Assembly: GCA_016784025.1 (NCBI GenBank)
Contig: JADHVL010000017.1
Location: 4,892 to 68,891, forward strand
Direction: 5' to 3'
From: Fidelibacterota bacterium
GTDB taxonomy: Bacteria > Fidelibacterota > UBA8477 > JABMPR01
DNA: 64,000 nucleotides
Both the position numbers and the translations under genes were made by a program. Positions 27,327 to 36,611 of the stretch are shown here, piece after piece. The notes beneath the pieces were generated by a model that was not told the DNA's origin, did no database searches, and saw only the letters and a list, made by a program, of their open reading frames with translations. Positions within the stretch are counted from its first letter, which is position 1. Every line of letters starts with the position of its first letter.

Positions 27327-28846
27327 CGCAGCATGCACATGATTGGCTGGCTCGCTGGGCTTTCTACACCCCGGATAAAAAGTTCCTGCGCGAACATGTT
27401 AGTGATAGATCCTGGACCTATGGCCAATTCAATGAGGCTTCAAGACGCTGTGCCCGATATCTCCAAGATGAGATGAACTTATCTAAGGGTGACCGACTGG
27501 CTATTTACTCCAGCAATCGCATAGAATATTTCATGCTGTATTTTGCAGCCATTAAACTGGGAGTCATCGTTGTACCCTTGAACTTCCGATTGACCCCCAT
27601 CGAATTAGATGTGCTTTTGAAGGATGCAGAACCACAGCTAATGGTGTTTGAAGGGGAGTATTCTGAGCAGATAGCCATGCTGCATTCTTTACTGGAGAGT
27701 TGCCAGAAAGTGGATATCGAATCACTCAGCTCCCTTCTTTTCGTGGATGAAAATACTTCTCCAATTGAGTTCACTAATGTGGAAACTGAATCTGAGGATC
27801 TGGTGATGATCCTCTACACTTCTGGAACCACTGGAGTCCCTAAGGGTGCTATGATCACCCACAAAATGCTTTTCTGGAATTCAGTCAATACAGCGCTGCG
27901 TCTGGATATTAATTCCAGTGATCATACCCAGGCCTATGCTCCTCTCTTCCACACTGGCGGCTGGAATGTGTTGTTCACCCCCTTTCTCCAGCATGGGGCT
28001 TCACATACCATTCTGGAAGGTTTTGATCCAGATCTTATTCTGGAGCTCATCGAGAAGGAGGGTTCTACGATTTTATTTGGCGTGCCCACCATGATGCAGA
28101 TGTTGGCAGATTCCCCGCGATTTAAGAGCGCGGATTTATCGAGTATTCGCTATGCTGTGGTTGGCGGTGCTCCCATGCCCATCCCACTCATCGAAATCTG
28201 GCATGCTAAGAATATCCCTATTCGCCAGGGCTATGGTCTCACCGAAGTGGGACCCAATTGTTTCTCCCTGAACCAGGATGCCGCCATCAGTAAACAAGGA
28301 AGTATTGGTTTTCCAAACTTCTACATGGATGCCTGCGTCCTGTCTGAATCTGGAGCAGAAGTTGATGTCGATGAGGCAGGAGAACTGTGTCTGCGTTCAC
28401 CAGTTGTTACACCTGGTTACTGGAGGAAGTCTGCGGACACACAAAAGGCTATCATTGATGGCTGGTTTCACACTGGTGATATGGCCCGCAAAGATAAAGA
28501 TGGCTATTTTTACATCGTAGATCGTAAGAAAAACATGTTCATCAGTGGGGGTGAAAATGTGTATCCAGCTGAAGTGGAAGCCACTCTGATCCAACACCTC
28601 CATATCAGTGATGCAGCCGTTATTGGAATTCCTGATGAAAAATGGGGTGAGGTGGGTCTGGCATTCATCGTGGCTGACAGGCCAGTCGATATTGCTGAAG
28701 TCAGAGAGTTCTGTTTAGAGTCTCTGGCAAAATACAAAATACCAAAACAGGTTTGTTTGATCGAAGCTCTACCATTGAACGACTCTGGTAAGCTGGATCG
28801 CAAACAATTAATAGAAATCTACAAACAACAAAAGGAGACAAGATGA
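27323..28846 (+). CDS. AMP-dependent acyl-CoA synthetase/ligase
   Basis: AMP-binding motifs YTSGTTGVPKGA, GYGLTE, WFHTGD and a C-terminal GKLDRK. TTG start overlaps the upstream stop (TTGA). Confidence 0.9.
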   Translation: MTQHAHDWLARWAFYTPDKKFLREHVSDRSWTYGQFNEASRRCARYLQDEMNLSKGDRLAIYSSNRIEYFMLYFAAIKLGVIVVPLNFRLTPIELDVLLKDAEPQLMVFEGEYSEQIAMLHSLLESCQKVDIESLSSLLFVDENTSPIEFTNVETESEDLVMILYTSGTTGVPKGAMITHKMLFWNSVNTALRLDINSSDHTQAYAPLFHTGGWNVLFTPFLQHGASHTILEGFDPDLILELIEKEGSTILFGVPTMMQMLADSPRFKSADLSSIRYAVVGGAPMPIPLIEIWHAKNIPIRQGYGLTEVGPNCFSLNQDAAISKQGSIGFPNFYMDACVLSESGAEVDVDEAGELCLRSPVVTPGYWRKSADTQKAIIDGWFHTGDMARKDKDGYFYIVDRKKNMFISGGENVYPAEVEATLIQHLHISDAAVIGIPDEKWGEVGLAFIVADRPVDIAEVREFCLESLAKYKIPKQVCLIEALPLNDSGKLDRKQLIEIYKQQKETR

Positions 28847-29331
28847 TGAAAAGATACTCAATCCTGATGGTCCTCATTCTGGGACTGCTCTTGGTAATGG
28901 GTTGTGAAGATGACTCTGACAATGACATCAATGGCAACGAGGTAGATGTGTGGGTTGGTAACTGGCTGAGTGCTGGAGATAATGTTGCAGTTATACTGTC
29001 AACATATTTTCTGTATGACAGTGTCAAAGTTGAACTTACTGAAGACAACACTGTAACTCTTGAGACCCATGTGATTGATGGTGCCTGGACCACACTCGAA
29101 GGTACCTATGTACTCACAGAATCCAGTGACTCTGACCTCGATATAATCCAGCTCATTTATACCGCTTTTGAGCAAGAAGGTATTATAGAGATCGATGGAA
29201 ACACCATGAGACTGGAAGCAGTACAAACTGTACCAGATATTGCTGCAACCGTTCCAACACCCGCAGCAGGTTTTGGTGCAGATCCAACTCTGGGAACCAT
29301 AAATATCCAGACCTATATCCGTCAGGACTAG
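28843..29331 (+). CDS. Small lipoprotein, unknown function
   Basis: 162 aa with signal plus lipobox LLLVMGC. ATGATG start overlaps the ligase stop. Confidence 0.6.
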   Translation: MMKRYSILMVLILGLLLVMGCEDDSDNDINGNEVDVWVGNWLSAGDNVAVILSTYFLYDSVKVELTEDNTVTLETHVIDGAWTTLEGTYVLTESSDSDLDIIQLIYTAFEQEGIIEIDGNTMRLEAVQTVPDIAATVPTPAAGFGADPTLGTINIQTYIRQD

Positions 29332-29341
29332 GATTTTCAAA

Positions 29342-29378
29342 TATCGGGGTGTGTTTTTTCACACCCCGATAACATTTT
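29342..29378 (+). terminator. Strong intercistronic hairpin (attenuating terminator or mRNA-stabilising stem)
   Basis: TATCGGGGTGTG-TTTTTT-CACACCCCGATA: perfect 12-bp stem, followed 3 nt later by TTTT. Lies between the lipoprotein and outer-membrane protein genes. Confidence 0.5.
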
Positions 29379-29390
29379 AGGGAGAATGAA

Positions 29391-30953
29391 ATGCGGAGGA
29401 TTCTTACGCGTGCATTGCTCGTGATGGTCTTTGCTCTGACGAGCTTCAGCCAGGCGCTTCCCATATGGCCTGAAGGCAAAGAAACCATCAGAGATAAGAA
29501 TGAATTAAGCTTTATCGGGTATTATCTGACTCGGTATGAAGCTATTAATGTGGCACCTACCAATGAGTTTCTAAAAGGTCAAGTTGTGGGCCGTTTTTAT
29601 GGTGGCAACACAACCAAAAGTTATTCCGATAAATATGCCAACTATGTGGAGCAACGCTTTTTAGGCATGATGTCTTATTCGCCACGCTTGTTTGATGGCT
29701 GGGCTCGCATGCGTATGTCCTTCGAGCTGGACTGGACCTGGGGTGATGCCAACTATGGGGCTGGGGGTAATTTTGGTGGTGCTTTTGGAGCCGATTTTGT
29801 GAATCTGCAAACTCAGAATCTGTTTATGGAATTCCACCCGAATAAAAAGTGGTATATCAATATGGGCTTGCTGCGGTTTTACGATAACACATCGGTTCCT
29901 TATTATACTGGAACCAGTGAATTGTTAACCACAGGGTATCGACTTTCCTTGTTCGCCTCGGATGCTACTGGTTTGTCAGGTCACTATTCTCCCAATACTT
30001 ATCAGCATTTCAAAGCTGGTGCCTATCAGCTCTATGAAAACAACGTTGAGCAAAACGATGATGTCTTCCTGTTTGAGTTTGATGCAGAGCAGGATGTCTC
30101 AATCAAGACCACACTCGGACTCACATTATATCATCTCCGTGATTATGGAAGTTCTCAGAGCGGAGCCGGTGAAGGTGGTGTATCTATATTGGGGCAGGGT
30201 TTGAATTCATTACTGGCGCCTTATAATGGTGTTTTCCAATTCAATCTTGGCAACGAAACCTATACTGCAAAGCTATGGTGGTTCGGGACACACTTTGATA
30301 GTGATCCCATGTTGGAGCAGGGAAGATTTGGGGCCAGTGGGTTTGCCTATACCACACGTGGTCTTGTGAAGACAGCCACCAGGGAGATCGATGTGGCGGG
30401 ATATGCAGCCAATCTTCGTCTTGCCTACAAGTATGGGAAGACCTCACGGGACAACATTGTTCTGGATGGAATATTTTCAACAGGGGATACTGAAAACGTA
30501 GACGATGGGAAATATACTGGTGTGCTTACTGGGAATAACTGGACAGCTCCAGGTGCGGTATTCTTTGGAACCGGTTTGTACCTGTTACTGCCTCACGGTG
30601 ATGTGGTAAATCGGTACTATGCTTCGACCATTGATATTCAGAATATGGGATACGGTCTTGCAGCAGGTGTGGGTCGACTCTCATATGATGTGGTACCCTA
30701 CAAGCTGAAGGTTGAAGGAAATCTTGGGTATGCCATAGCTCCTGTTGCACCTTTTGGCGGAGGGAACACCATGGGGTTTGAGGCAAATATTGGTGTGACC
30801 TATACACCCAAAGTATTCTTCGATATTGAAATGCATGCAGCTCATTTAAGTCTGGGAGATTTCTATGATTCTCCTTTGACCAATGGTAGTATTGCTGAGC
30901 GTCCTGCGGATCCCTGGACGGTAATTTTGCTCCTTAAGTGGATCATGTTTTAG
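29391..30953 (+). CDS. Outer-membrane beta-barrel protein (porin-like), family not recognised
   Basis: 520 aa with signal peptide ...TSFSQA, alternating aromatic/Gly-rich strands, and a C-terminal aromatic residue (...LLLKWIMF) as in OMP beta-signals. Confidence 0.55.
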   Translation: MRRILTRALLVMVFALTSFSQALPIWPEGKETIRDKNELSFIGYYLTRYEAINVAPTNEFLKGQVVGRFYGGNTTKSYSDKYANYVEQRFLGMMSYSPRLFDGWARMRMSFELDWTWGDANYGAGGNFGGAFGADFVNLQTQNLFMEFHPNKKWYINMGLLRFYDNTSVPYYTGTSELLTTGYRLSLFASDATGLSGHYSPNTYQHFKAGAYQLYENNVEQNDDVFLFEFDAEQDVSIKTTLGLTLYHLRDYGSSQSGAGEGGVSILGQGLNSLLAPYNGVFQFNLGNETYTAKLWWFGTHFDSDPMLEQGRFGASGFAYTTRGLVKTATREIDVAGYAANLRLAYKYGKTSRDNIVLDGIFSTGDTENVDDGKYTGVLTGNNWTAPGAVFFGTGLYLLLPHGDVVNRYYASTIDIQNMGYGLAAGVGRLSYDVVPYKLKVEGNLGYAIAPVAPFGGGNTMGFEANIGVTYTPKVFFDIEMHAAHLSLGDFYDSPLTNGSIAERPADPWTVILLLKWIMF

Positions 30954-30961
30954 GAGGCATC

Positions 30962-31909
30962 ATGAAGAAAATTATACAAATAGTTGTTTTTTTGTTAGTG
31001 ATTGGAACGCTTATGGGTGCTGGAACAGGATCGTACTATAAACTTCCCAGTATCGAATTTGATGAATTAGAATATGGCTTCCCCGTTAAAAACATTCAGT
31101 TGGGAAATGTTGACCTGGCCTATATCGAGCAGGGGGATGGTCCGCAGACGATACTGCTGATCCATGGCTTAGGTAGTTATGCCCGAGCATGGACTAAAAA
31201 TATTGAAGTTCTGGCAAAAACCCATCGAGTCATTGCTATTGATTTACCCGGTTATGGTCATTCCAGTAAGGGCTATTACGATTACTCTATGTCCTTTAAT
31301 GCAGATGTGTTGAGGCATTTTATTCACGAATTGGGCTTGGGGAGCGTGATTGTGGCTGGACATTCTATGGGTGGTCAAATTGCCATGACTCTGGCTCTTG
31401 AGAGTCCAGAATTGGTTGAAAAATTGATTTTGATTTCTCCTGCAGGTTTTGAACGCTTCAATGAAGGTGAATCCGCCTGGATGAAGAACATTATGACTCC
31501 GGAATTGGTGAGAGATACACCAGTACGGGCCATTGCAAAAAACGTTAGCATCAATTTTTATGATTTCCCAAAAGATGCAGCCTGGATGATCACCGATCGC
31601 ATCCAGCTGAGAAGCGCCACAGACTTCTATGATTATTGCTATGCAGTATCAAAAAATGTTGAAGGCATGTTACGGGGAATTGTGTGGGACAAACTGGATC
31701 AGATCAGTCAACCCACCCTGGTTTTGTTTGGTGCAAATGATGCACTCATCCCCAACCGTTTTTTACATCCGGGTTGGACCAGAGATATTGCTGAAATCGC
31801 TAAGGAAATACCAAATAGTACTGTGACAGTTATTCCAAAGTGTGGACACTTTATCCAGTTGGATGCACCGGAGGCGGCCAATAAAGCTATTATTGATTTT
31901 GTAAAATAA
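30962..31909 (+). CDS. Alpha/beta-fold hydrolase
   Basis: HGLGS oxyanion motif and GHSMGG nucleophile elbow, plus an N-terminal signal/anchor. The ATG at 30962 follows AGGAGG; the track ORF begins at 30938. Confidence 0.85.
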   Translation: MKKIIQIVVFLLVIGTLMGAGTGSYYKLPSIEFDELEYGFPVKNIQLGNVDLAYIEQGDGPQTILLIHGLGSYARAWTKNIEVLAKTHRVIAIDLPGYGHSSKGYYDYSMSFNADVLRHFIHELGLGSVIVAGHSMGGQIAMTLALESPELVEKLILISPAGFERFNEGESAWMKNIMTPELVRDTPVRAIAKNVSINFYDFPKDAAWMITDRIQLRSATDFYDYCYAVSKNVEGMLRGIVWDKLDQISQPTLVLFGANDALIPNRFLHPGWTRDIAEIAKEIPNSTVTVIPKCGHFIQLDAPEAANKAIIDFVK

Positions 31910-31929
31910 TAAGAACCATATCTGGAATG

Positions 31930-31965
31930 AAGCCACGTCAGTTTTGATTGACGTGGCTTTTTTTT
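31930..31965. terminator. Bidirectional rho-independent terminator
   Basis: AAGCCACGTCA-gttttgat-TGACGTGGCTT followed by a T-run. Shared by the convergent genes ending at 31909 and 31964. Confidence 0.85.
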
Positions 31966-32500
31966 ATTTACGTGAGTTCGAGGGCCAGGGTCGCTGACTT
32001 TCAGCTGCTATCCAGGCATGCACCCAGTCAGGCAATTCACCGCTCCAGTCTTCATCTGGAAATTCCTGCATGACATCTGCAGCAGGAACCAAACCATTTT
32101 TCGAAACAACACCAGCTTTAATAAGTGCCGAGGAGCAGATCGTGTCTCCCAGACACATCTTCTGGAGAAAATAGAACCAGCGTCCATCGTGACCGATCAA
32201 CTGACTATGTAATTGAAATTTATTCCAGAGTGTAATCCTGCGTCGATAGCGAATACTGGAGCCACCCACGGCAAAGCCCCATTTCTTTTCTGAAATAAGC
32301 TTCATCAACCCACCCCGAACTCCAAGATCATAACGGCCCAGATCCATGAGTGTTAACTGTCTCCCATTATTGATTTCACCATAGTGATCAATATCTGTAA
32401 TTCCTGCTCGGAGATTTAGAATTCCGGTATCTCCAAATTTAAGTGAGCTGCGGTATTTGGCAGATAGAATGGTTTTTATGGTTCTGAGATAGGGGTACAT
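31964..32500 (-). CDS. Hotdog-fold thioesterase-like protein (4HBT_2-like)
   Basis: 178 aa. DIDHYGEINNGRQLTLMDLGRYD resembles the GHMNNGRYL..MDLGR motif of this thioesterase family. Confidence 0.6.
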   Translation of the reverse strand: MYPYLRTIKTILSAKYRSSLKFGDTGILNLRAGITDIDHYGEINNGRQLTLMDLGRYDLGVRGGLMKLISEKKWGFAVGGSSIRYRRRITLWNKFQLHSQLIGHDGRWFYFLQKMCLGDTICSSALIKAGVVSKNGLVPAADVMQEFPDEDWSGELPDWVHAWIAAESQRPWPSNSRK

Positions 32501-32606
32501 GCAGACATCCTTTGCTAGAGCTTCTGTGTTAGGGTCATGCTAACCCCACTGGCTTGTTTACAAAGAAATATTTATTCCCATCGATAATATGTAGCATATT
32601 GCATAA

Positions 32607-32626
32607 TTATGTAATATATTACATAA
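32607..32626. promoter_or_regulatory. Candidate MarR operator (perfect 9-2-9 palindrome)
   Basis: TTATGTAAT-AT-ATTACATAA lies immediately upstream of the MarR gene. The likely start is the ATG at 32640, with GGAGA 7 nt upstream. Confidence 0.45.
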
Positions 32627-32627
32627 A

Positions 32628-33095
32628 ATGGAGAAATCTATGTCGACAAAAGAAGTAGGTGATGAAAAAAAAGAGTTGTTTGGGATGATATTTCTGCTGG
32701 CCCAACGCTGGCAATACATTGGGGATCGGGAGCTCAAAGATTCAGGCGTTACCACCAAACAATGGTTCTTATTGGTTTCATTACACGCCTTGTTTGATAC
32801 ACCACCTAATCTGAATGATCTGGCTCTGGCTATGGGGAGTACACGACAAAATGTAAAGCAACTGGCATTGAATCTTGAGAGACAGGGGTTTCTTAAAATT
32901 TATCAAGACAAAGAAGATCGGAGAGTGCAACGTTTCAAATTAACACCAAAAAATCAAGCCTTTTGGGATAAACGTGCTGAAAACGATGAACGCTTCATCG
33001 CATCCCTTTTTGGGGAATTGCCATCAACGGCTGTAACCATTACTCGCACAACGATTAATTCGCTATTAAACCTCACTGATAAATTTCTGAAATAA
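32628..33095 (+). CDS. MarR-family transcriptional regulator
   Basis: 155 aa with a winged-helix core: LNDLALAMGSTRQNVKQLALNLERQGFLKIYQDKEDRRVQRFKLT. The start may be 32640. Confidence 0.85.
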   Translation: MEKSMSTKEVGDEKKELFGMIFLLAQRWQYIGDRELKDSGVTTKQWFLLVSLHALFDTPPNLNDLALAMGSTRQNVKQLALNLERQGFLKIYQDKEDRRVQRFKLTPKNQAFWDKRAENDERFIASLFGELPSTAVTITRTTINSLLNLTDKFLK

Positions 33096-33116
33096 TAAGT
33101 AGTGCGAGGAAGTCGG

Positions 33117-33920
33117 ATGAATAATGATCAAAATCTGAAGGTAAGGTGGGATTGTTTAATAGCCATGACTATGCTGATTTCCTTAGGCCTACCTCACCAA
33201 TTCCTAGGAGCCCAGTCCATGGAGACAAAATTAATTACTCAGGAGGATATCCAAAATCTGCCCCAGCCGATTCAACGCTTTCTTGATTATAGCGGTGTGG
33301 TTGGAACCCCCAGAATCACTATGGTCTCTCTTGAGCAGACCGGTCGATTTATGACAGCCCCAGATCGTCCCTGGGTTCCATTTACAGCAACACAGATCTA
33401 CAACATTGAAAAAGCATCATTTAAGTGGAAGGTCCACATGAAAATGGCACCACTAATGATTGTCAAGGGGGTGGATAGACTTGAAGAGGGTCGGGGGAGT
33501 ATGAGAATTAAACTTTTCGGGTTAATTCCACTGGTTAGCGCTGACGGCCCTGAAATTGATCAGGGGGCCATGACGCGATATCTATCAGAAACAATCTGGT
33601 TCCCCCAGGCGTTCCTGGATGACCATATCCACTGGGAAGCCATCGACTCACTCTCTGCTAAAGCAATTTTCACTATTCAAGATAAATCAGTTGAGGGCAT
33701 ATTTCACTTTGATGATGAAGGCAAAGTCACTCTTTTTGAATGTGAACGCTATGCGAGTGAAGGTAAAGAGATGGTCTTGAGAACCTGGCATACTCCAATT
33801 GATGAGTATGGTGAATTAGGCGGTCTACAATTAGGTATTAGAGGACGCGCGATTTGGAAAAAACCTGAGAGTGACTACACATACATCGATGTAAAGATTA
33901 CTAATATTATTTATGAGTAA
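33117..33920 (+). CDS. Conserved hypothetical secreted protein
   Basis: Long ORF with a signal-like N-terminus, directly after marR. I recognise no catalytic motif; a possible DUF6544-like relationship is recollection only. The track ORF begins at GTG 33102. Confidence 0.55.
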   Translation: MNNDQNLKVRWDCLIAMTMLISLGLPHQFLGAQSMETKLITQEDIQNLPQPIQRFLDYSGVVGTPRITMVSLEQTGRFMTAPDRPWVPFTATQIYNIEKASFKWKVHMKMAPLMIVKGVDRLEEGRGSMRIKLFGLIPLVSADGPEIDQGAMTRYLSETIWFPQAFLDDHIHWEAIDSLSAKAIFTIQDKSVEGIFHFDDEGKVTLFECERYASEGKEMVLRTWHTPIDEYGELGGLQLGIRGRAIWKKPESDYTYIDVKITNIIYE

Positions 33921-33947
33921 AGCACGGAATGCAAATTTGCTCGCCGG

Positions 33948-34448
33948 CTAAATCATCGCCAGCAGCTTATTCTTTTGTTTCTTGAACTCTTTTTCTGTAA
34001 TGAGTTGTCTGGAGTACATCTGGTGCAAAGCTTCGATTTGCCCAATCAGTTCTTCTGTAGTTGCTTCCTGGGCATCTGGATTCATGGACATACCAATACG
34101 ATTGAGTAGTGTCTTTTTGGCTCTTTCATAATTCTTTTCACTAATAACACCACGTGACATCATACGATTCAAGACAACAATATCTTCTGCCACACTTTCG
34201 GCTGTGATAGTAACCAGGTTAGTAGGATAAGTGGTGGTCGATATGGTGTTGACCATGGTAGGTCTATATGAGTAGCGATAATATCCATAAGCTGAATAGT
34301 AATTATTGTAATGGTAGGGGTAATATGAGGAATGATGGTTTCTGACAGGATGGTGATGATTTCTTCTTGAACGGGGGCCTGCCTGTAGCGTGACTGAAAG
34401 GATAAGTAGTAGGATAATAAGTTTGCTAAATTTCATAATGCACCTCAT
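33948..34448 (-). CDS. Secreted protein with His/Tyr-rich region and two SHOCT domains
   Basis: Signal peptide, low-complexity RRNHHHPVRNHHSSYYPYHYNNYYSAYGYYRYSYR, then two SHOCT-like modules (GVISEKNYERAKKTLLNRI and QLITEKEFKKQKNKLLAMI). Confidence 0.65.
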   Translation of the reverse strand: MRCIMKFSKLIILLLILSVTLQAGPRSRRNHHHPVRNHHSSYYPYHYNNYYSAYGYYRYSYRPTMVNTISTTTYPTNLVTITAESVAEDIVVLNRMMSRGVISEKNYERAKKTLLNRIGMSMNPDAQEATTEELIGQIEALHQMYSRQLITEKEFKKQKNKLLAMI

Positions 34449-34486
34449 TCTATTTATTCCCTTTGACCTTATAAGTTCCTGATTGG

Positions 34487-35296
34487 TTAATTTGTGGGTG
34501 ACTCAAGATTACTTTGATAAGCTCGACGGGCAATATGAGCCCCTCCCAGGGCACCCACAGTTTGTGGGTTTTCTGGAATATTCAAAGTCAGCCCCAGCTT
34601 TTCCTCCAACAATGCCACCAGACCCTTATTATGGGCAACACCACCAGTTAGTGTGACTTCGCCTTCAACACCAATTGATGTGACCATGCTCCAAATTCGG
34701 TTCACGATAGAACGCTGCAATCCATGTACGATTTCTTCACGAGGGGTGTTTTTGGCCAGGAGAGAAATGACTTCACTCTCGGCAAATACGGTACAGGTAC
34801 TGCTAATGGGTGCTGATTCGCCCTTGATATTCAAGGGGCTGCTCAATTCATCCAGGTCCAGTTCCAGACGGTTGGCCATGACTTCCAGAAAACGACCAGT
34901 CCCAGCAGCACATTTATCATTCATGGTGAAATCAAGCATGCGACCATGTGAATCGATTTGAATCACTTTGCTATCCTGACCACCAATATCTATCACCGTT
35001 CCTGTCCTGGGAAAGAGTTGATGTGCCCCGACACCATGGCAACTGATCTCAGTCGTTTTTCCAGTGGCAAAAGCCACTGAAGCACGTCCATAACCTGTAG
35101 CAGTGATTGCGGTGATGCCTTCCCTTGTTAGGTCGGCCAGGTTTAGAGCGGAACCAAAAGCCTCTTCAGCTGCCTCAGAACCATTCACGCCAGTAGGGAT
35201 TACAATTTCAGACAGGACTTTTCCTGAATGATCAATAATGGATACATCGGTGCTAAGGGAGCCTACATCTACACCGGCGAAATAGAGATCAGCCAT
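34487..35296 (-). CDS. 2-hydroxyacyl-CoA dehydratase / benzoyl-CoA reductase-type activase (BcrAD_BadFG ATPase)
   Basis: VDVGSLSTD, DIGGQDSKVI and NDKCAAGTGRFLE motifs. The ATG at 35296 overlaps the upstream stop by 8 nt; the track ORF extends to 35386. Confidence 0.9.
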   Translation of the reverse strand: MADLYFAGVDVGSLSTDVSIIDHSGKVLSEIVIPTGVNGSEAAEEAFGSALNLADLTREGITAITATGYGRASVAFATGKTTEISCHGVGAHQLFPRTGTVIDIGGQDSKVIQIDSHGRMLDFTMNDKCAAGTGRFLEVMANRLELDLDELSSPLNIKGESAPISSTCTVFAESEVISLLAKNTPREEIVHGLQRSIVNRIWSMVTSIGVEGEVTLTGGVAHNKGLVALLEEKLGLTLNIPENPQTVGALGGAHIARRAYQSNLESPTN

Positions 35297-36611
35297 GTTT
35301 TGATCCTTCCAGGGTTTCACAAAAGGCTTCAAGTCGAGTGTGGATCTGCTGCTCTGACCAGACCCGTTCATCGGCAATGTCCGCATCTAGAATAACGGCA
35401 GGCAGATCAAGATCAGCGGTGATGGTCTTGCGTAGATCAAATTGCCCTACTGAATAAGGTTTACAGCTCCGGGTTGAATGCATGACCATCCCATCCACTG
35501 AATAGGTTTTGATCATCTTTTTCATCAGATCAAGCCGGTGCTTCAAATTGTTATTCAAGATGATCTGTCCATAGGTTTTGGCCATGGAGGTCCAGGGATT
35601 TTTTACATCAAGATATCCTGTGGTTTCAGCCCAGGCATTGGTATAAGTAGCAGTCACAAAGTTCATTTTTCTCTCGGCAAAAAAAGTAGCCAGAAATCGG
35701 ACCTTATACCAGATGGCGATATTGTCCCAGATCAATCGGTAACGTTCATCACTGATAGCGCCAATTCCCTGAGTAACTCGCGTGTCAATCTCATCCATCA
35801 AAAAATGGTAGTAATCTTGGGCCACAGGTAACCCACGAAGGGATACGATGGGAGCAAGATGACCAAAGGCATCAAAGATGGTCATGGGTGCAGGTTGAGC
35901 TTTCATGGCATCCAGGATGGCACCCCAGGTCTTGGATGTCTCCATGGAGCGTTTGAGGATGTCTTCAAAAATATTGAGATAAAAGATCCGTCCTGATACC
36001 CGCTCAAGGATGGGAATCATATCCTGTAATTGCTGTGCCATGTAATTGATATCAGCTTCAGTCTGCTCTGTAGTGACAAAAGGAGCGTCAAAATGAATCA
36101 GGGGAATATTCAGCTCATGGGCGATGGCTTTATACCAGTAGAGGACGGTCTGACAGATATTGTTTGAACAAAACAACAGATCTGGTTTGGGAAGCTTCCC
36201 AGCAGGTGTTTTCCCAGACAGCATGTGTCCCAGATCGATACGGGCATAGGAACACAGATCCTGACTGAAGCCACTCCCTTCAGCGATTCCACAGTAATCA
36301 GCGCCTTGTTTTTTGGCTCCTACCAGGGCGGAATGATTCTCCGGATAAATGGTATAGAAATCAAAAGCCCGCAGGAGTTCGACGGGAGCCCCACTGGTGA
36401 CCCAGGCTACTTTTTTTACACCAGGGGTGTATCTGGAGAGGAAATAATGACGACTTAGAATTTCCTTAAGGCGCTTATTGGATTCCAGAGGTGGTCCGAA
36501 TGCCTCCGGAATGGGACGCGGTTTCCGCCTTTTGAAATCCTGAAGCACCATGAGAGCTGGAGCTCCATAATCTTTCATAATTTTATACTTTAATTCTGCT
36601 CTGATACTCAT
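35289..36611 (-). CDS. 2-hydroxyacyl-CoA dehydratase family (HGD-D) subunit
   Basis: 440 aa with conserved Cys contexts LCSYARID and HSTRSCKPYSVGQ, typical of the HgdA/HgdB/BcrBC family. Confidence 0.85.
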   Translation of the reverse strand: MSIRAELKYKIMKDYGAPALMVLQDFKRRKPRPIPEAFGPPLESNKRLKEILSRHYFLSRYTPGVKKVAWVTSGAPVELLRAFDFYTIYPENHSALVGAKKQGADYCGIAEGSGFSQDLCSYARIDLGHMLSGKTPAGKLPKPDLLFCSNNICQTVLYWYKAIAHELNIPLIHFDAPFVTTEQTEADINYMAQQLQDMIPILERVSGRIFYLNIFEDILKRSMETSKTWGAILDAMKAQPAPMTIFDAFGHLAPIVSLRGLPVAQDYYHFLMDEIDTRVTQGIGAISDERYRLIWDNIAIWYKVRFLATFFAERKMNFVTATYTNAWAETTGYLDVKNPWTSMAKTYGQIILNNNLKHRLDLMKKMIKTYSVDGMVMHSTRSCKPYSVGQFDLRKTITADLDLPAVILDADIADERVWSEQQIHTRLEAFCETLEGSKHG

